Assembly (NCBI GenBank): GCA_937915175.1
Contig: CALDNA010000016.1
Coordinates: 54,956-118,955 of the forward strand
DNA length: 64,000 nucleotides
Origin: an uncultured euryarchaeote
Lineage (GTDB): Archaea > Thermoplasmatota > Poseidoniia > Poseidoniales > Poseidoniaceae
Direction of reading: 5' to 3'
In this document: positions 10,208 to 20,177 of the stretch, piece by piece
Layout of the letters: the number at the start of each line of letters is the position of its first letter
Position numbering within the stretch: position 1 is the stretch's first letter
The notes under the pieces: model-generated
Seen by the model: only the letters and a program-made list of their open reading frames with translations
Told to the model about the DNA's origin: nothing
The model's database searches: none
Position numbers and translations under genes: made by a program

Positions 10208-11250
10208 TGGCCCAACGCCTCCTTGAGTGCGTATTCAATGATTCTTTTTTCGGGATGAAATTTCTCAAGTTGATGTAGACCAAGGCCCTCAATCGCAGCT
10301 TCAACCAACGCTCGCTCCTCGGTAACACCCTCTTCGGCATACCAACGGCCTGACTCCAGCATTGCAGAAAGTGGAACGAGTCCTACCAGTTCACTACCGG
10401 GGACTTCGACCCCGTGATCTTGAGCGATGCTCTTGCATGCTTCAAATGCGACGTGCATCGGGCACTGACTCACATCCCTCAAATTCATTGACACTTGGCT
10501 CATTTGATGCGTTTCCAACGGCACACCCATGCCTTGAACGAGGGTCAGCATACCCGGGACCCTCATTTTACGCCCATCCTCCTTTTTGATAAGCCGGCCT
10601 GTTGAACGGACAAGCGATCCTACCTTGCGCGCTACGTCGGCATTCGGATCGCTCAAGTTGACGTTGTAAGCAACGAGTATCCCACGCGCACCAAAGGTGA
10701 TCGCCCCCGACTTGGCAACAACTTCGTTCCATCGGCGTGGACCGAAGTCGGGGTATCGAGTGTCGTCTTCGTGAATCGATGTGCCATCGGAAAGTCGATC
10801 TTCGAGACCCTCATACTGTCCTTTTCGAATAGTAGAAAGCAGCGTTTTTGCAGATGTGGATGCGGCTTGACCGTAGAGGAAGGTCGGGACGCTGCACGAC
10901 TTCGCCACACGTTCAGCCAATGAGGTTGCGAGTTTCGCACAATCCGTCATGGTCACACCATCAAGAGGAATGAAAGGGCACACGTCAACAGCACCAAGCC
11001 TTGGATGTTCACCTGCATGGTCGCGCATATCGATTTCCGCAATCGCCGTGCACACCAAAATGAAAGCCGCTTCAGATACTGCGGAAGGAGAACCTGCAAG
11101 GGTGATCACTGTGCGGTTGTAGTCTGCATCTGGCTCGACACCAAGAACGGCGCAACCATCTACTTGTGATGCAGCGTCGATTATGCGCTGAATTTTTTCT
11201 GAATCTCGTCCCTCGGATATGTTTGGGACACACTCCACTAAGCCTTCCAT
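10204..11250 (-). CDS. ftcD: Glutamate formiminotransferase
   Basis: ECVPNISEGR, DYNRTV, HPRLGAVDVCPF and SELVGLVP motifs. ATG 11250 preferred over GTG 11268. Confidence 0.92.
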   Translation of the reverse strand: MEGLVECVPNISEGRDSEKIQRIIDAASQVDGCAVLGVEPDADYNRTVITLAGSPSAVSEAAFILVCTAIAEIDMRDHAGEHPRLGAVDVCPFIPLDGVTMTDCAKLATSLAERVAKSCSVPTFLYGQAASTSAKTLLSTIRKGQYEGLEDRLSDGTSIHEDDTRYPDFGPRRWNEVVAKSGAITFGARGILVAYNVNLSDPNADVARKVGSLVRSTGRLIKKEDGRKMRVPGMLTLVQGMGVPLETHQMSQVSMNLRDVSQCPMHVAFEACKSIAQDHGVEVPGSELVGLVPLSAMLESGRWYAEEGVTEERALVEAAIEGLGLHQLEKFHPEKRIIEYALKEALGQ

Positions 11251-11304
11251 AAGCCTCGTTCCGCTCACTCGGACTTTGAATGTTGACCGAGAATTTAGAT
11301 GAAA

Positions 11305-12525
11305 TCAACTGTAAAGTGCTTCCGGGGAGGATGTTCGCCCGCCCGTAGATTTCTTTTCGTTGAGTTTCGTCACTGCCAGCATGAGGTCATCATTGGTGAC
11401 CGAACTGCGTCCGTCACGAATGGCGATCATTCCTGCTTCCACACATGTTGCTTTCAATTCAGCACCACTGTATCCTTCTGTTTTGTCAACAATTCGCTGA
11501 ATGTTGATTCGCTTTGTCGACATAGTAGACGTGTGAAGTTTCAAAATAGCCTTCCGTCCCTTTTCATCGGGTCGGGGAATGGTTACAATTCGATCAAAAC
11601 GTCCAGGCCGCAGGAGTGCATCATCGAGGATGTCTGGTCGGTTGGTTGCGGCGATGATTTTTACATCTTCAAGTGCATCAAATCCGTCCAATTCCGCTAA
11701 GAGTTGCATCAGCGTACGTTGAACTTCGCGGTCTCCGCTGGTGGAACCGTCGAGTCGCTTTGCACCGATTGCATCGATCTCATCAAGGAAAATGATGGAC
11801 GGGGCTTTATCTTTAGCAAGGGAAAATAACTCTCGCACCATTCGCCCACCTTCTCCAATGTATTTCTGTGCCAGTTCACTGCCGACCATTCGAATGAATG
11901 TGGCATCGGTGTGATTGGCGACGGCCTTAGCAAGCAACGTCTTACCGCAGCCCGGTGGGCCAACGAGCAGGATTCCTTTTGGAGGTGTAATCCCTACCTT
12001 CTTGAACAGTTCAGGAGATGTGAGTGGTAGCTCAATAGCCTCGCGCACCGTCTGAATTTGTTCGTCGAGACCAGCAACTTCGTCGTATGTGATGTCCGGT
12101 TTGGTCACCATTTCGGCGCCGCTGACCATTGGGTCCCACGCATCGTGAAGCACCTCTATGACAGCGAGTGTGTCTTGATTGAGTGCGACGCGTGTACCAG
12201 GTTTGAGAGTTTTAGGTTCGAGCCTTTGGTTGAGGGAAACTTGGAAAACCGTTCCATTTGAAGAACGAACAATGGCTGTTCTATCGTCAAGAAGGTCTTG
12301 CAGGTGCCCGATAATAAGGGGTGGTGATTTCAGCAAACGAACTTCATCATCGAGGCGTTGTGCCCTCTTTTTCAGGCTACGAATATCAGATTCCATTTGG
12401 GAACGTTCGTTGATCAAACTCTGTGCTTGATCTTGCAATTCGGAGAAAGCATGCTCCAACGTTTTGATTTCATCCTCGGACGCAACAGATCGTGCAGGAG
12501 GCTTTTGTTCAACATCTGTACCCAT
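11305..12525 (-). CDS. pan: Proteasome-activating nucleotidase (AAA+ ATPase)
   Basis: N-terminal coiled coil and OB domain, GPPGCGKT, IIFLDEID, DREVQRTLMQLL, LLRPGRFDR; C-terminal HbYX motif (LYS). Confidence 0.95.
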   Translation of the reverse strand: MGTDVEQKPPARSVASEDEIKTLEHAFSELQDQAQSLINERSQMESDIRSLKKRAQRLDDEVRLLKSPPLIIGHLQDLLDDRTAIVRSSNGTVFQVSLNQRLEPKTLKPGTRVALNQDTLAVIEVLHDAWDPMVSGAEMVTKPDITYDEVAGLDEQIQTVREAIELPLTSPELFKKVGITPPKGILLVGPPGCGKTLLAKAVANHTDATFIRMVGSELAQKYIGEGGRMVRELFSLAKDKAPSIIFLDEIDAIGAKRLDGSTSGDREVQRTLMQLLAELDGFDALEDVKIIAATNRPDILDDALLRPGRFDRIVTIPRPDEKGRKAILKLHTSTMSTKRINIQRIVDKTEGYSGAELKATCVEAGMIAIRDGRSSVTNDDLMLAVTKLNEKKSTGGRTSSPEALYS

Positions 12526-12647
12526 GGTTCTCAACCAGTCCAAACGGCCAGTTTATTTCAACAAGACGGAGCCATCCCTTCCGAAAGGGCAAAGACGAAG
12601 CCTTCAAAGGATGTCGGCATAACCCACAGATAGGAGTTTTGATTCGA

Positions 12648-13151
12648 ATGGCAGACTGTGAATTGTGTGGCGCCATGAAGGTAGGCGTACGAAACGTGAA
12701 AACCGGAAAGACGGAAGTAACGGCATGCGCCCGTTGCATCGAAAAAATGAACCTTGGACCAAAAGAAACGGCTCCAGGTTTAGCTAAGGCCCAATCCATG
12801 CATTCGAAGCCTTCCCACGCATCTGCTTACGCGGCAAAAGGGAAGAAGGGAAAAGACATCATGCTGAAAACTGAAAAGGAATTGGCTTCTGATTTTGACA
12901 AGAGAATTTCAGCTGCACGGAAATCAAAGGGCTGGAATCATGCTACACTTGGAAAGCGAATGGCTGAAACAGTCAACATCATCAAATCAGCAGAGGCAGG
13001 AAAGCGTCCCACTGATGGAGTACTTCGTAAATTCGAGCGAGTGCTTGGTATTTCTCTATGGGTGGTTTCGACTGAAGAGACCACCACGCATGTGGATCGC
13101 AGTTCAAACCGTGGCATGACGCTAGGTGATTATTTCAATGACCAACCCTGA
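12648..13151 (+). CDS. mbf1: Archaeal multiprotein bridging factor aMBF1 (Zn ribbon + HTH)
   Basis: CELCG...CARC Zn ribbon, Cro-like HTH, C-terminal TLGD; divergent from pan. Confidence 0.85.
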   Translation: MADCELCGAMKVGVRNVKTGKTEVTACARCIEKMNLGPKETAPGLAKAQSMHSKPSHASAYAAKGKKGKDIMLKTEKELASDFDKRISAARKSKGWNHATLGKRMAETVNIIKSAEAGKRPTDGVLRKFERVLGISLWVVSTEETTTHVDRSSNRGMTLGDYFNDQP

Positions 13152-13713
13152 TGTTGCACCTGATGTAAGAGTTCATGCCCTTTGGCTGGCTCAAGACGAT
13201 CCCAAGAAAAATACGGCGGTCTTAGCGAATAAACGTGGCGATTTAAAACTCCACAAAAAAATCAACACATTACCGCGCAGAGGCATCATTTTGGAACCAC
13301 TTTGCGGTAAAGTGTTTGGCCCAGAAGACCATCCACTTATCCTCGAACAAGGCGGGGCAGTCGTGGGACTCGATTGCAGTTGGGCCCACATTGAATCAAG
13401 CGTACAACAGGTCATGAAACGCACCCGCTTACAACCACGCATGCTTCCCCTGCTGTTAGCAGCAAACCCCGTGAATTGGGGGAAACCAGGGCGTCTAACC
13501 ACGGCTGAAGCGTTGGCAACGGTACTCTACTTGGTTGGTCGAACAGAGCAGGCCGCACGAGTTCTTGGCGCATTCCGCTGGGGTCCCCGTTTTTTTGAAT
13601 TGAATCAAGAGCCACTGGATGCCTATGCTGCCGCCACGTCGAGCGCTGAACTCGTTGCGCTTCAGTTTGAATTCTTCGACCTTAGCCATTTGGAAGAGGG
13701 GGAAGAAGATTGA
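13138..13713 (+). CDS. tsr3: rRNA aminocarboxypropyltransferase Tsr3 (DUF367)
   Basis: QDDPKKNT, LDCSW, LLAANPVNWGKP and FRWG motifs. Confidence 0.88.
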   Translation: MTNPDVAPDVRVHALWLAQDDPKKNTAVLANKRGDLKLHKKINTLPRRGIILEPLCGKVFGPEDHPLILEQGGAVVGLDCSWAHIESSVQQVMKRTRLQPRMLPLLLAANPVNWGKPGRLTTAEALATVLYLVGRTEQAARVLGAFRWGPRFFELNQEPLDAYAAATSSAELVALQFEFFDLSHLEEGEED

Positions 13714-14510
13714 CTGAGCTTTCTTTGCCTTTTGGAATTCAACGGCTAACAACAACAGAAGCATCCATACAAACTGACGATCTTGCACATGAGGCACTCA
13801 TTCGCTTGCAAGATTCAAATGGAACTTTTGTATCCCTCCTCGGAACACCTGAAAACCTTCCATTCCTCTACATTGGCCATTGCGTGACAGAAGGCTATGG
13901 AGAAATGAACCGAATCACATTAACGACGACCACGTCAAAAGAACATGGCTATGTTGTCCATAGCACAGAGCCGCTCCCCAACCCACCTTCAACGAAGAAC
14001 GCCATGCGGTACGTCTCAACCTCATGCGGGGCTTGTGACTCGCCTGGACTTGAAGAATTGATCAGCGGATTGCCTGCATACCGGGGCGAACATCGTGAGA
14101 TCAATTTGGCCTTGTTAGAAGACGGCTTCACTGCTATGAAAAAAAAACAAGTCGGGTTTCAAACAACAGGTGGAATGCATGGGGCAGGCTTGTTGATGCC
14201 CGCGTCAGGCCTCACCTATGTGGCTGAAGACATTGGACGCCACAACGCTGTGGACAAAGTGGTTGGCATGGCTGTGGCCAACCAGTTCATCAAAGACCAA
14301 ACCATTTTGCTTTTGTCGGGACGTTGTGGATGGGATATTGTTGCAAAATCCGCCCGCGCCGGCCTTGGTACAATTGCGTGCGTGGGGGCTTGCTCCTCGT
14401 TAGCTGCTGAAACGGCAAGGGCATTGGGGATCAGAATTTTTAGTTTTGTGAAACCAAGTTCTTGTGTGGCAATTGGCGCTATTGGTGCTTCATCGAATGG
14501 CAAGCCTTGA
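13710..14510 (+). CDS. fdhD: Formate dehydrogenase accessory sulfurtransferase FdhD
   Basis: SCGAC, TGGMHGA, EDIGRHNAVDKVVG and SGR motifs. Confidence 0.9.
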   Translation: MTELSLPFGIQRLTTTEASIQTDDLAHEALIRLQDSNGTFVSLLGTPENLPFLYIGHCVTEGYGEMNRITLTTTTSKEHGYVVHSTEPLPNPPSTKNAMRYVSTSCGACDSPGLEELISGLPAYRGEHREINLALLEDGFTAMKKKQVGFQTTGGMHGAGLLMPASGLTYVAEDIGRHNAVDKVVGMAVANQFIKDQTILLLSGRCGWDIVAKSARAGLGTIACVGACSSLAAETARALGIRIFSFVKPSSCVAIGAIGASSNGKP

Positions 14511-14546
14511 GAACTGCAGCCGGCCCGTTTGGCTTGGGGCTTGTCT

Positions 14547-16844
14547 ATGGAGGAACACCTTTCACCGGAAACACCCAAAGATAATCTCAAACTAAGGTTG
14601 GGGAAACCAAAGAAATCAGCCGCCGGAATTCCAGCTGCATTGTCTTCAATGAGCCACGGTATCAAAAAAATGGGCCTCGTAAAAACGGTTCGAACCTTGA
14701 CAATGGTGAATCAGCAAGCGGGCTTTGATTGCCCCGGATGCGCCTGGCCCGACCCATCGCACAGAACTTCGTTTGAATTTTGTGAGAATGGAGCAAAAGC
14801 CGTGGCGGATGAGGCCATGAAGGCTAAGGTCAATCCTCAATTCTTCCAAAAATACAGCGTGAAGGAACTCACTGGAAAAAGCGATCACTGGCTGAACAAA
14901 CAAGGTCGAATCGCCCATCCAATGATTTTGAAACCCGGGGCGACGCATTACACCAAAATTTCTTGGAAGGAAGCATTCACCCACATTGGCTCAACAATCG
15001 CCAACCTGGAACAACCCGAAAAAGCTGTTTTCTACACATCGGGACGCACATCCAATGAAGCGGCATTTCTCTACCAAGCCTACGTTCGGGCCCTTGGCAC
15101 CAACAACATGCCTGATTGTTCGAACATGTGCCACGAATCCAGCGGGAAAGGCTTGGGTGAGACCATTGGCATAGGCAAAGGCACAGTCACATTGGAGGAT
15201 TTCAATGAAGCAGAGGTCATCATTGTGATTGGTCAGAACCCCGGAACAAATCACCCACGGATGCTTACGGCCTTACGCGATGCCAAGCATAACGGCGCCC
15301 AAATCATTCACATCAATCCCCTTCCCGAAGCTGGACTTGAACGGTTCAAACATCCGCAAGATTACATGAAATTAGACTTCAAAACTACAAAATTGTCCGA
15401 TCATCATTTGCAAGTGAAAATCGGAGGGGACGCAGCGTTGATGAAAGGCTTCATCAAAACTCACATCAAGAAGGGTCAGACTGATACTGCCTTCATCAAA
15501 AATTCAACACGAGGGTATGAGGCAATGTGCCAACAAGCCATCGCAACATCATGGAAGGAGATTGTGCGAGACACAGGCTTAGACCGAGAGACGATTGAAT
15601 CGGTTGGTGCGTTGCTCGCTTCTTCAAACGCAACCATCGCGTGTTGGGCAATGGGACTCACGCAACAGCCAAACGGCGTGGCAGTGATTCAAGAAGTTGT
15701 CAACCTCCTGCTGATGGGTGGCCATGTAGGTAAACCAGGTGCAGGTTTCTGTCCAGTGAGGGGTCATTCGAACGTTCAAGGTGATCGTACGGTTGGTATA
15801 TGGGAAGCACCATCAGATGCATTCCTTGACCGAATGGAAAAGGGCCTTGGATTCCCAATGCCCCGGAAACACGGTTATGATGTTGTCAACGCCATACGCG
15901 CCATGAACAAAGGTAAGGTCAGTGTGTTCTTCTGCATGGGGGGCAACTTCCTATCCGCAACACCTGATACACATCAAACAGCCAAAGGTCTTGCACAAAT
16001 TGATTTGACGGTACAAGTTTCTACAAAATTAAACCGTTCTCATCTCATCACAGGAAAAACGGCTATCATCCTTCCCTGCCTTGGTCGCACTGAACTGGAT
16101 CAACAGGCCGAAGGAGAACAATTTGTAACCGTTGAAAATTCGATGGGCATCGTTCACAAATCGACGGGCGGTCTGAAACCAGCGTCCCCCGATTTAATGA
16201 GCGAACCCGCTATAGTAGCCCATTTGGCTAGCGCATCATTGAAGGAAGCAAAATTAGATTGGATGGGCCTTGTCAGCCATTACGATGGAATCCGTAATCT
16301 GATGAGTGAAAGCCTAGCAGGTTTTGAACGGTACAATGAACGCGTACGAGAACCGAACGGATTCGCCCTGCCGAATCCTCCACGTGACACACGTTCGTTC
16401 GCCACTGAAGATGGCTTCGCCCACTTTACCGCTCACAATCTACCAGACGTCTCTGTACCCGATGGATGCTACGTTATGATGACCATGCGATCTCACGATC
16501 AGTACAACACGACCATCTATGATGTGCACGACAGGTACCGTGGTATTCACGGCAACCGCAGAGTTGTTCTCATGAACGCAACAGACATGGCAGAAAGAGG
16601 ATGGAAAAACCGACAAGAGGTCCAACTTACGAGTCACTTTGAGGGCGTAGAACGAAAATCAGCCCATTGGCAGTTGGTTGCCTATGACATCCCAAGTGGA
16701 AACATTGCCACTTACTTCCCAGAATCAAACACGCTCGTACCACTCGATTCTACCGCAGCCGGCTCCAACACGCCTACCTCGAAATGGGTCATTGTCTCAA
16801 TCGATGACAACCTCACAACCAAAAGGGTGCATGAGGAAGAATGA
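14547..16844 (+). CDS. FdhF/YdeP-family molybdopterin oxidoreductase
   Basis: GFDCPGCAWPD, EFCENGAKA, PDCSNMCHE, RGHSNVQGDRTVG and RSHDQYNTTIY motifs; adjacent to fdhD. Confidence 0.9.
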   Translation: MEEHLSPETPKDNLKLRLGKPKKSAAGIPAALSSMSHGIKKMGLVKTVRTLTMVNQQAGFDCPGCAWPDPSHRTSFEFCENGAKAVADEAMKAKVNPQFFQKYSVKELTGKSDHWLNKQGRIAHPMILKPGATHYTKISWKEAFTHIGSTIANLEQPEKAVFYTSGRTSNEAAFLYQAYVRALGTNNMPDCSNMCHESSGKGLGETIGIGKGTVTLEDFNEAEVIIVIGQNPGTNHPRMLTALRDAKHNGAQIIHINPLPEAGLERFKHPQDYMKLDFKTTKLSDHHLQVKIGGDAALMKGFIKTHIKKGQTDTAFIKNSTRGYEAMCQQAIATSWKEIVRDTGLDRETIESVGALLASSNATIACWAMGLTQQPNGVAVIQEVVNLLLMGGHVGKPGAGFCPVRGHSNVQGDRTVGIWEAPSDAFLDRMEKGLGFPMPRKHGYDVVNAIRAMNKGKVSVFFCMGGNFLSATPDTHQTAKGLAQIDLTVQVSTKLNRSHLITGKTAIILPCLGRTELDQQAEGEQFVTVENSMGIVHKSTGGLKPASPDLMSEPAIVAHLASASLKEAKLDWMGLVSHYDGIRNLMSESLAGFERYNERVREPNGFALPNPPRDTRSFATEDGFAHFTAHNLPDVSVPDGCYVMMTMRSHDQYNTTIYDVHDRYRGIHGNRRVVLMNATDMAERGWKNRQEVQLTSHFEGVERKSAHWQLVAYDIPSGNIATYFPESNTLVPLDSTAAGSNTPTSKWVIVSIDDNLTTKRVHEEE

Positions 16845-18082
16845 AGCAAATCGGTTACCTCGAATTGATTCGGACCAACCACGCATTCAGGCGTCTTTGG
16901 TCGGCATCTGTCATCTCGATGCTGGGTGAATGGTTCAACACCATTGCTTTGTTCTTAATTATCTTCGAATACACCGATTCAGAATTCCTTCTCGGGTTGT
17001 TGTTTACCATGCGGATGCTTTGTTTTGCAGCCTTTCAGCCGTTTGGAGGCTTGCTTGCCGATCGATTCAACCGCAAGGTCATCATGGTTTGGACAAACCT
17101 GATTCAAGTTGTATTAGCGCTCTGTTTCTTGTTGATCGATGGCCCAGAGGACATCGTATGGATTTACATTCTCACCGGTTTGATGATGGTCCTCCACGGC
17201 ATGTATGTGACCGCTGAACGTGCTGCTCTCCCGAACATCGTTCCACCTGAGCACTTAGCGACGGCAAACGCACTTGATGCTGCAAGCTGGTCGACAGCAT
17301 TGTGCATTGGCGCCATGATGGGCGGCATTGTTGTGGAGTTCTACGGGACGAACGCCGCATTCATCATCGATGCTGTGACCTTTGCCTTCAGTGCTTTTTT
17401 ACTGAGGAAATTGACCATCCCGCAAAAGATAGACGAAAGCATGAAAGGTCCACTTTTCTCCACCGCCATATCCAACATACGCAATGGTTGGGCACGTATT
17501 GCAAGGGAAAAGCGACTCCAGCGCATCGTCTTTGCTAAATCCTCTTGGAACATCGCAGGAGGAGGTTTGGCGGGTGTTTTCTTGGTTGTCGCTGGTTCAG
17601 ATGTTGATGGGTTTGGAATGGCGCTTGGGTTTGGAATCTTCTTCTTTGCAAGAGGCGTAGGGACTGGGCTAGGACCCATTGCAGCAAGGAAATTCCTTAC
17701 CAATGAAGAACGGTGGCCCACACTGGTTGGGGTATTGGTCATGGTTTCAGGGGCTTTTTACTTCCTTGTTGGCCTCACCCTCGATCATTCATTGTACCTC
17801 ACCATGGCGCTGGTCATGTTGGCGCACTCTGCATCAGGAGCCAATTGGGTCCTCTCGACCATTCTCACACAACAATGGGTCGAGGATGAGGTGAGAGGGC
17901 GTGTATTTTCGATGGATATGTTGCTCATGTCGATTGCCTTTTCCATCTCCAGCGCTGCTGCTGGCTACCTCCTCGAACATGATTTCTTTACACTGCGGAA
18001 TGGTTTCCTGATATTCTCAGTCATCATGATGATCTCAGGCGCCTTTTTCAGCATGTGGCGCGCCGAACCCGCACGAGCATGA
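16841..18082 (+). CDS. MFS transporter
   Basis: GLLADRFNRK motif A, RGRVFS, about 12 TM segments. Confidence 0.88.
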   Translation: MKQIGYLELIRTNHAFRRLWSASVISMLGEWFNTIALFLIIFEYTDSEFLLGLLFTMRMLCFAAFQPFGGLLADRFNRKVIMVWTNLIQVVLALCFLLIDGPEDIVWIYILTGLMMVLHGMYVTAERAALPNIVPPEHLATANALDAASWSTALCIGAMMGGIVVEFYGTNAAFIIDAVTFAFSAFLLRKLTIPQKIDESMKGPLFSTAISNIRNGWARIAREKRLQRIVFAKSSWNIAGGGLAGVFLVVAGSDVDGFGMALGFGIFFFARGVGTGLGPIAARKFLTNEERWPTLVGVLVMVSGAFYFLVGLTLDHSLYLTMALVMLAHSASGANWVLSTILTQQWVEDEVRGRVFSMDMLLMSIAFSISSAAAGYLLEHDFFTLRNGFLIFSVIMMISGAFFSMWRAEPARA

Positions 18083-18137
18083 AGACACGACCTCACTCAA
18101 TACGAACGCTCAAGGATGGGTTCTGTTTGGTGAGAAC

Positions 18138-20177
18138 ATGGGCGATGCATTTCAGGGTTTGAAGGCCCACATCGCGGAGGGTATTCCTCTGGACTTGCCG
18201 CTACACCCTGGTCTTGATCCAAATGTCGATCATGCACCCCACCGCCGTCAAATTCTAACACAAAAAGAAAAGAAATTGGCCTTACGTAACGCTTTGAGGT
18301 ACTTTGATAGTGCACACCACGAAGTCTTAGCCCCAGAATTCGCAGAGGAACTGAACACGTTTGGCCGCATTGTAATGTGGCGGTTCCGGCCAACTGAATA
18401 CGAAATGAAGGCGCATCCAATCCATGCATACCCTGCCCGGTCTACGCACGCTGCTTCGATCATGCTGATGATTCAAAACAACCTCGATCCAGCGGTTGCT
18501 CAATTCCCTCATGAATTAATCACTTATGGTGGCAACGGCAGTGTGTTTCAAAATTGGGCACAGTACAGGTTGTGCATGCAATACCTCTCTCAAATGGATG
18601 ATGAGCAAACATTAGTGATGTATTCGGGACACCCCATGGGCCTGTTCCCTTCGAACGCAAACGCTCCACGTGTCGTCGTCACAAATGGCATGATGATTCC
18701 AAGCGAATCGACGCCAGACAACTATGAACGGCTCAATGCAATGGGCGTCACCCAATACGGGCAAATGACTGCTGGCTCTTACATGTACATCGGACCACAA
18801 GGCATTGTCCACGGCACAACCATCACCCTCCTGAACGCCGCAAGAGCTCATTTAGGTCTCGCTGGAGATGCAGGGCTCGGTGGTGTGACATTCGTAACCT
18901 CTGGCCTTGGAGGTATGTCTGGTGCTCAAGCAAAAGCCGCAGTGATTGCTGGTGCCTCATGCATCGTTGCCGAATCCAACGCTCATGCTGCGTACAAACG
19001 CCACGAACAAGGTTGGTTAACCGAGGTCACCGATGATATCGATGTGGCCATCGACCAGATGGTCGAAGCGGCTGACAATAAAGAAGCCAAATCAATCGGT
19101 CTTATTGGAAACATCGTGGAACTTTGGGAACGCTTGGTCGAGCGCAACATCAACGTCGACCTCGGCTCCGATCAAACAAGCCTCCACAACCCATTCCAAG
19201 GTGGCTACTTCCCGGTAGGGATTCCGTACGATGAAGCCGCTGCTATGCTTTCTGACAATCCCACTCTCTTTGCAGATGAAGTTCGCAAGACATTGATTCG
19301 GCATGCTGAAGCAGTCAATGCCATGTCCAGCAATGGAATGTACTTCTGGGATTATGGCAATGCGTTTCTCCTTGAAGCAAGTCGGGCCGGCGCAGATGTG
19401 TTGAATGACGACGGAACGTTCCGATACCCGAGCTACGTTGAAGACATCATGGGGCCAATGTGCTTCGACTATGGATTCGGTCCTTACCGCTGGGTCTGCT
19501 GTTCAGGCGACCCTAAGGATTTAGAGATCACAGATCGAATTGCAAAAGAAGTGTTAGAAGAGATGCTGGTTACAGCCCCCACTGAAATCACTCAACAAAT
19601 GAAGGACAACATTCGATGGATTACAGAAGCAGGCCAAAACAACATGGTTGTGGGTTCCCAAGCTAGAATTCTCTATGCTGATGATGAAGGGCGGCGCCGG
19701 ATTGCCTCTGCCATGAACAGCGCCATAGCCAGCGGCGAGTTGTCTGGACCAATTGTTCTTGGACGCGACCACCACGATGTATCAGGCACTGACAGCCCTT
19801 ACAGGGAAACCGCGAACATTCGAGACGGGTCCATGTGGACTGCTGATATGGCGGTCCAGAACTTCGTCGGCGATGCATTCCGAGGAGCCACCTGGGTTAG
19901 CCTTCACAACGGAGGAGGTGTTGGTTGGGGCCAAGTCATCAACGGTGGTTTTGGAATGCTTTTGGATGGGACTCAGGCGTGCGAAGAAAAACTCCAGTCA
20001 ATGTTGCACTGGGATGTTAACAACGGTGTTGCCCGCAGAGCATGGGCGCGTAATGACGGTGCTGATTTTGCAATCAAGCGCGCCATGCAGGCCGACAAAC
20101 GCTTGCATGTCACACTCCCTCATCATGCAAATGATGATGTGGTCGATCAAGCATTCAAAGGAGCGGGTATACAATGA
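18138..20177 (+). CDS. hutU: Urocanate hydratase (long form)
   Basis: YGQMTAGS, GPQGIVHGT, GLGGMSGAQ, GRDHHD and WVSLHNGGGVGWG motifs. Confidence 0.95.
   Translation: MGDAFQGLKAHIAEGIPLDLPLHPGLDPNVDHAPHRRQILTQKEKKLALRNALRYFDSAHHEVLAPEFAEELNTFGRIVMWRFRPTEYEMKAHPIHAYPARSTHAASIMLMIQNNLDPAVAQFPHELITYGGNGSVFQNWAQYRLCMQYLSQMDDEQTLVMYSGHPMGLFPSNANAPRVVVTNGMMIPSESTPDNYERLNAMGVTQYGQMTAGSYMYIGPQGIVHGTTITLLNAARAHLGLAGDAGLGGVTFVTSGLGGMSGAQAKAAVIAGASCIVAESNAHAAYKRHEQGWLTEVTDDIDVAIDQMVEAADNKEAKSIGLIGNIVELWERLVERNINVDLGSDQTSLHNPFQGGYFPVGIPYDEAAAMLSDNPTLFADEVRKTLIRHAEAVNAMSSNGMYFWDYGNAFLLEASRAGADVLNDDGTFRYPSYVEDIMGPMCFDYGFGPYRWVCCSGDPKDLEITDRIAKEVLEEMLVTAPTEITQQMKDNIRWITEAGQNNMVVGSQARILYADDEGRRRIASAMNSAIASGELSGPIVLGRDHHDVSGTDSPYRETANIRDGSMWTADMAVQNFVGDAFRGATWVSLHNGGGVGWGQVINGGFGMLLDGTQACEEKLQSMLHWDVNNGVARRAWARNDGADFAIKRAMQADKRLHVTLPHHANDDVVDQAFKGAGIQ

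Noticed and set aside
14547..16844. Selenocysteine-containing formate dehydrogenase
   Set aside because: The frame has no internal TGA, and the motifs are those of the Cys-type YdeP subfamily.
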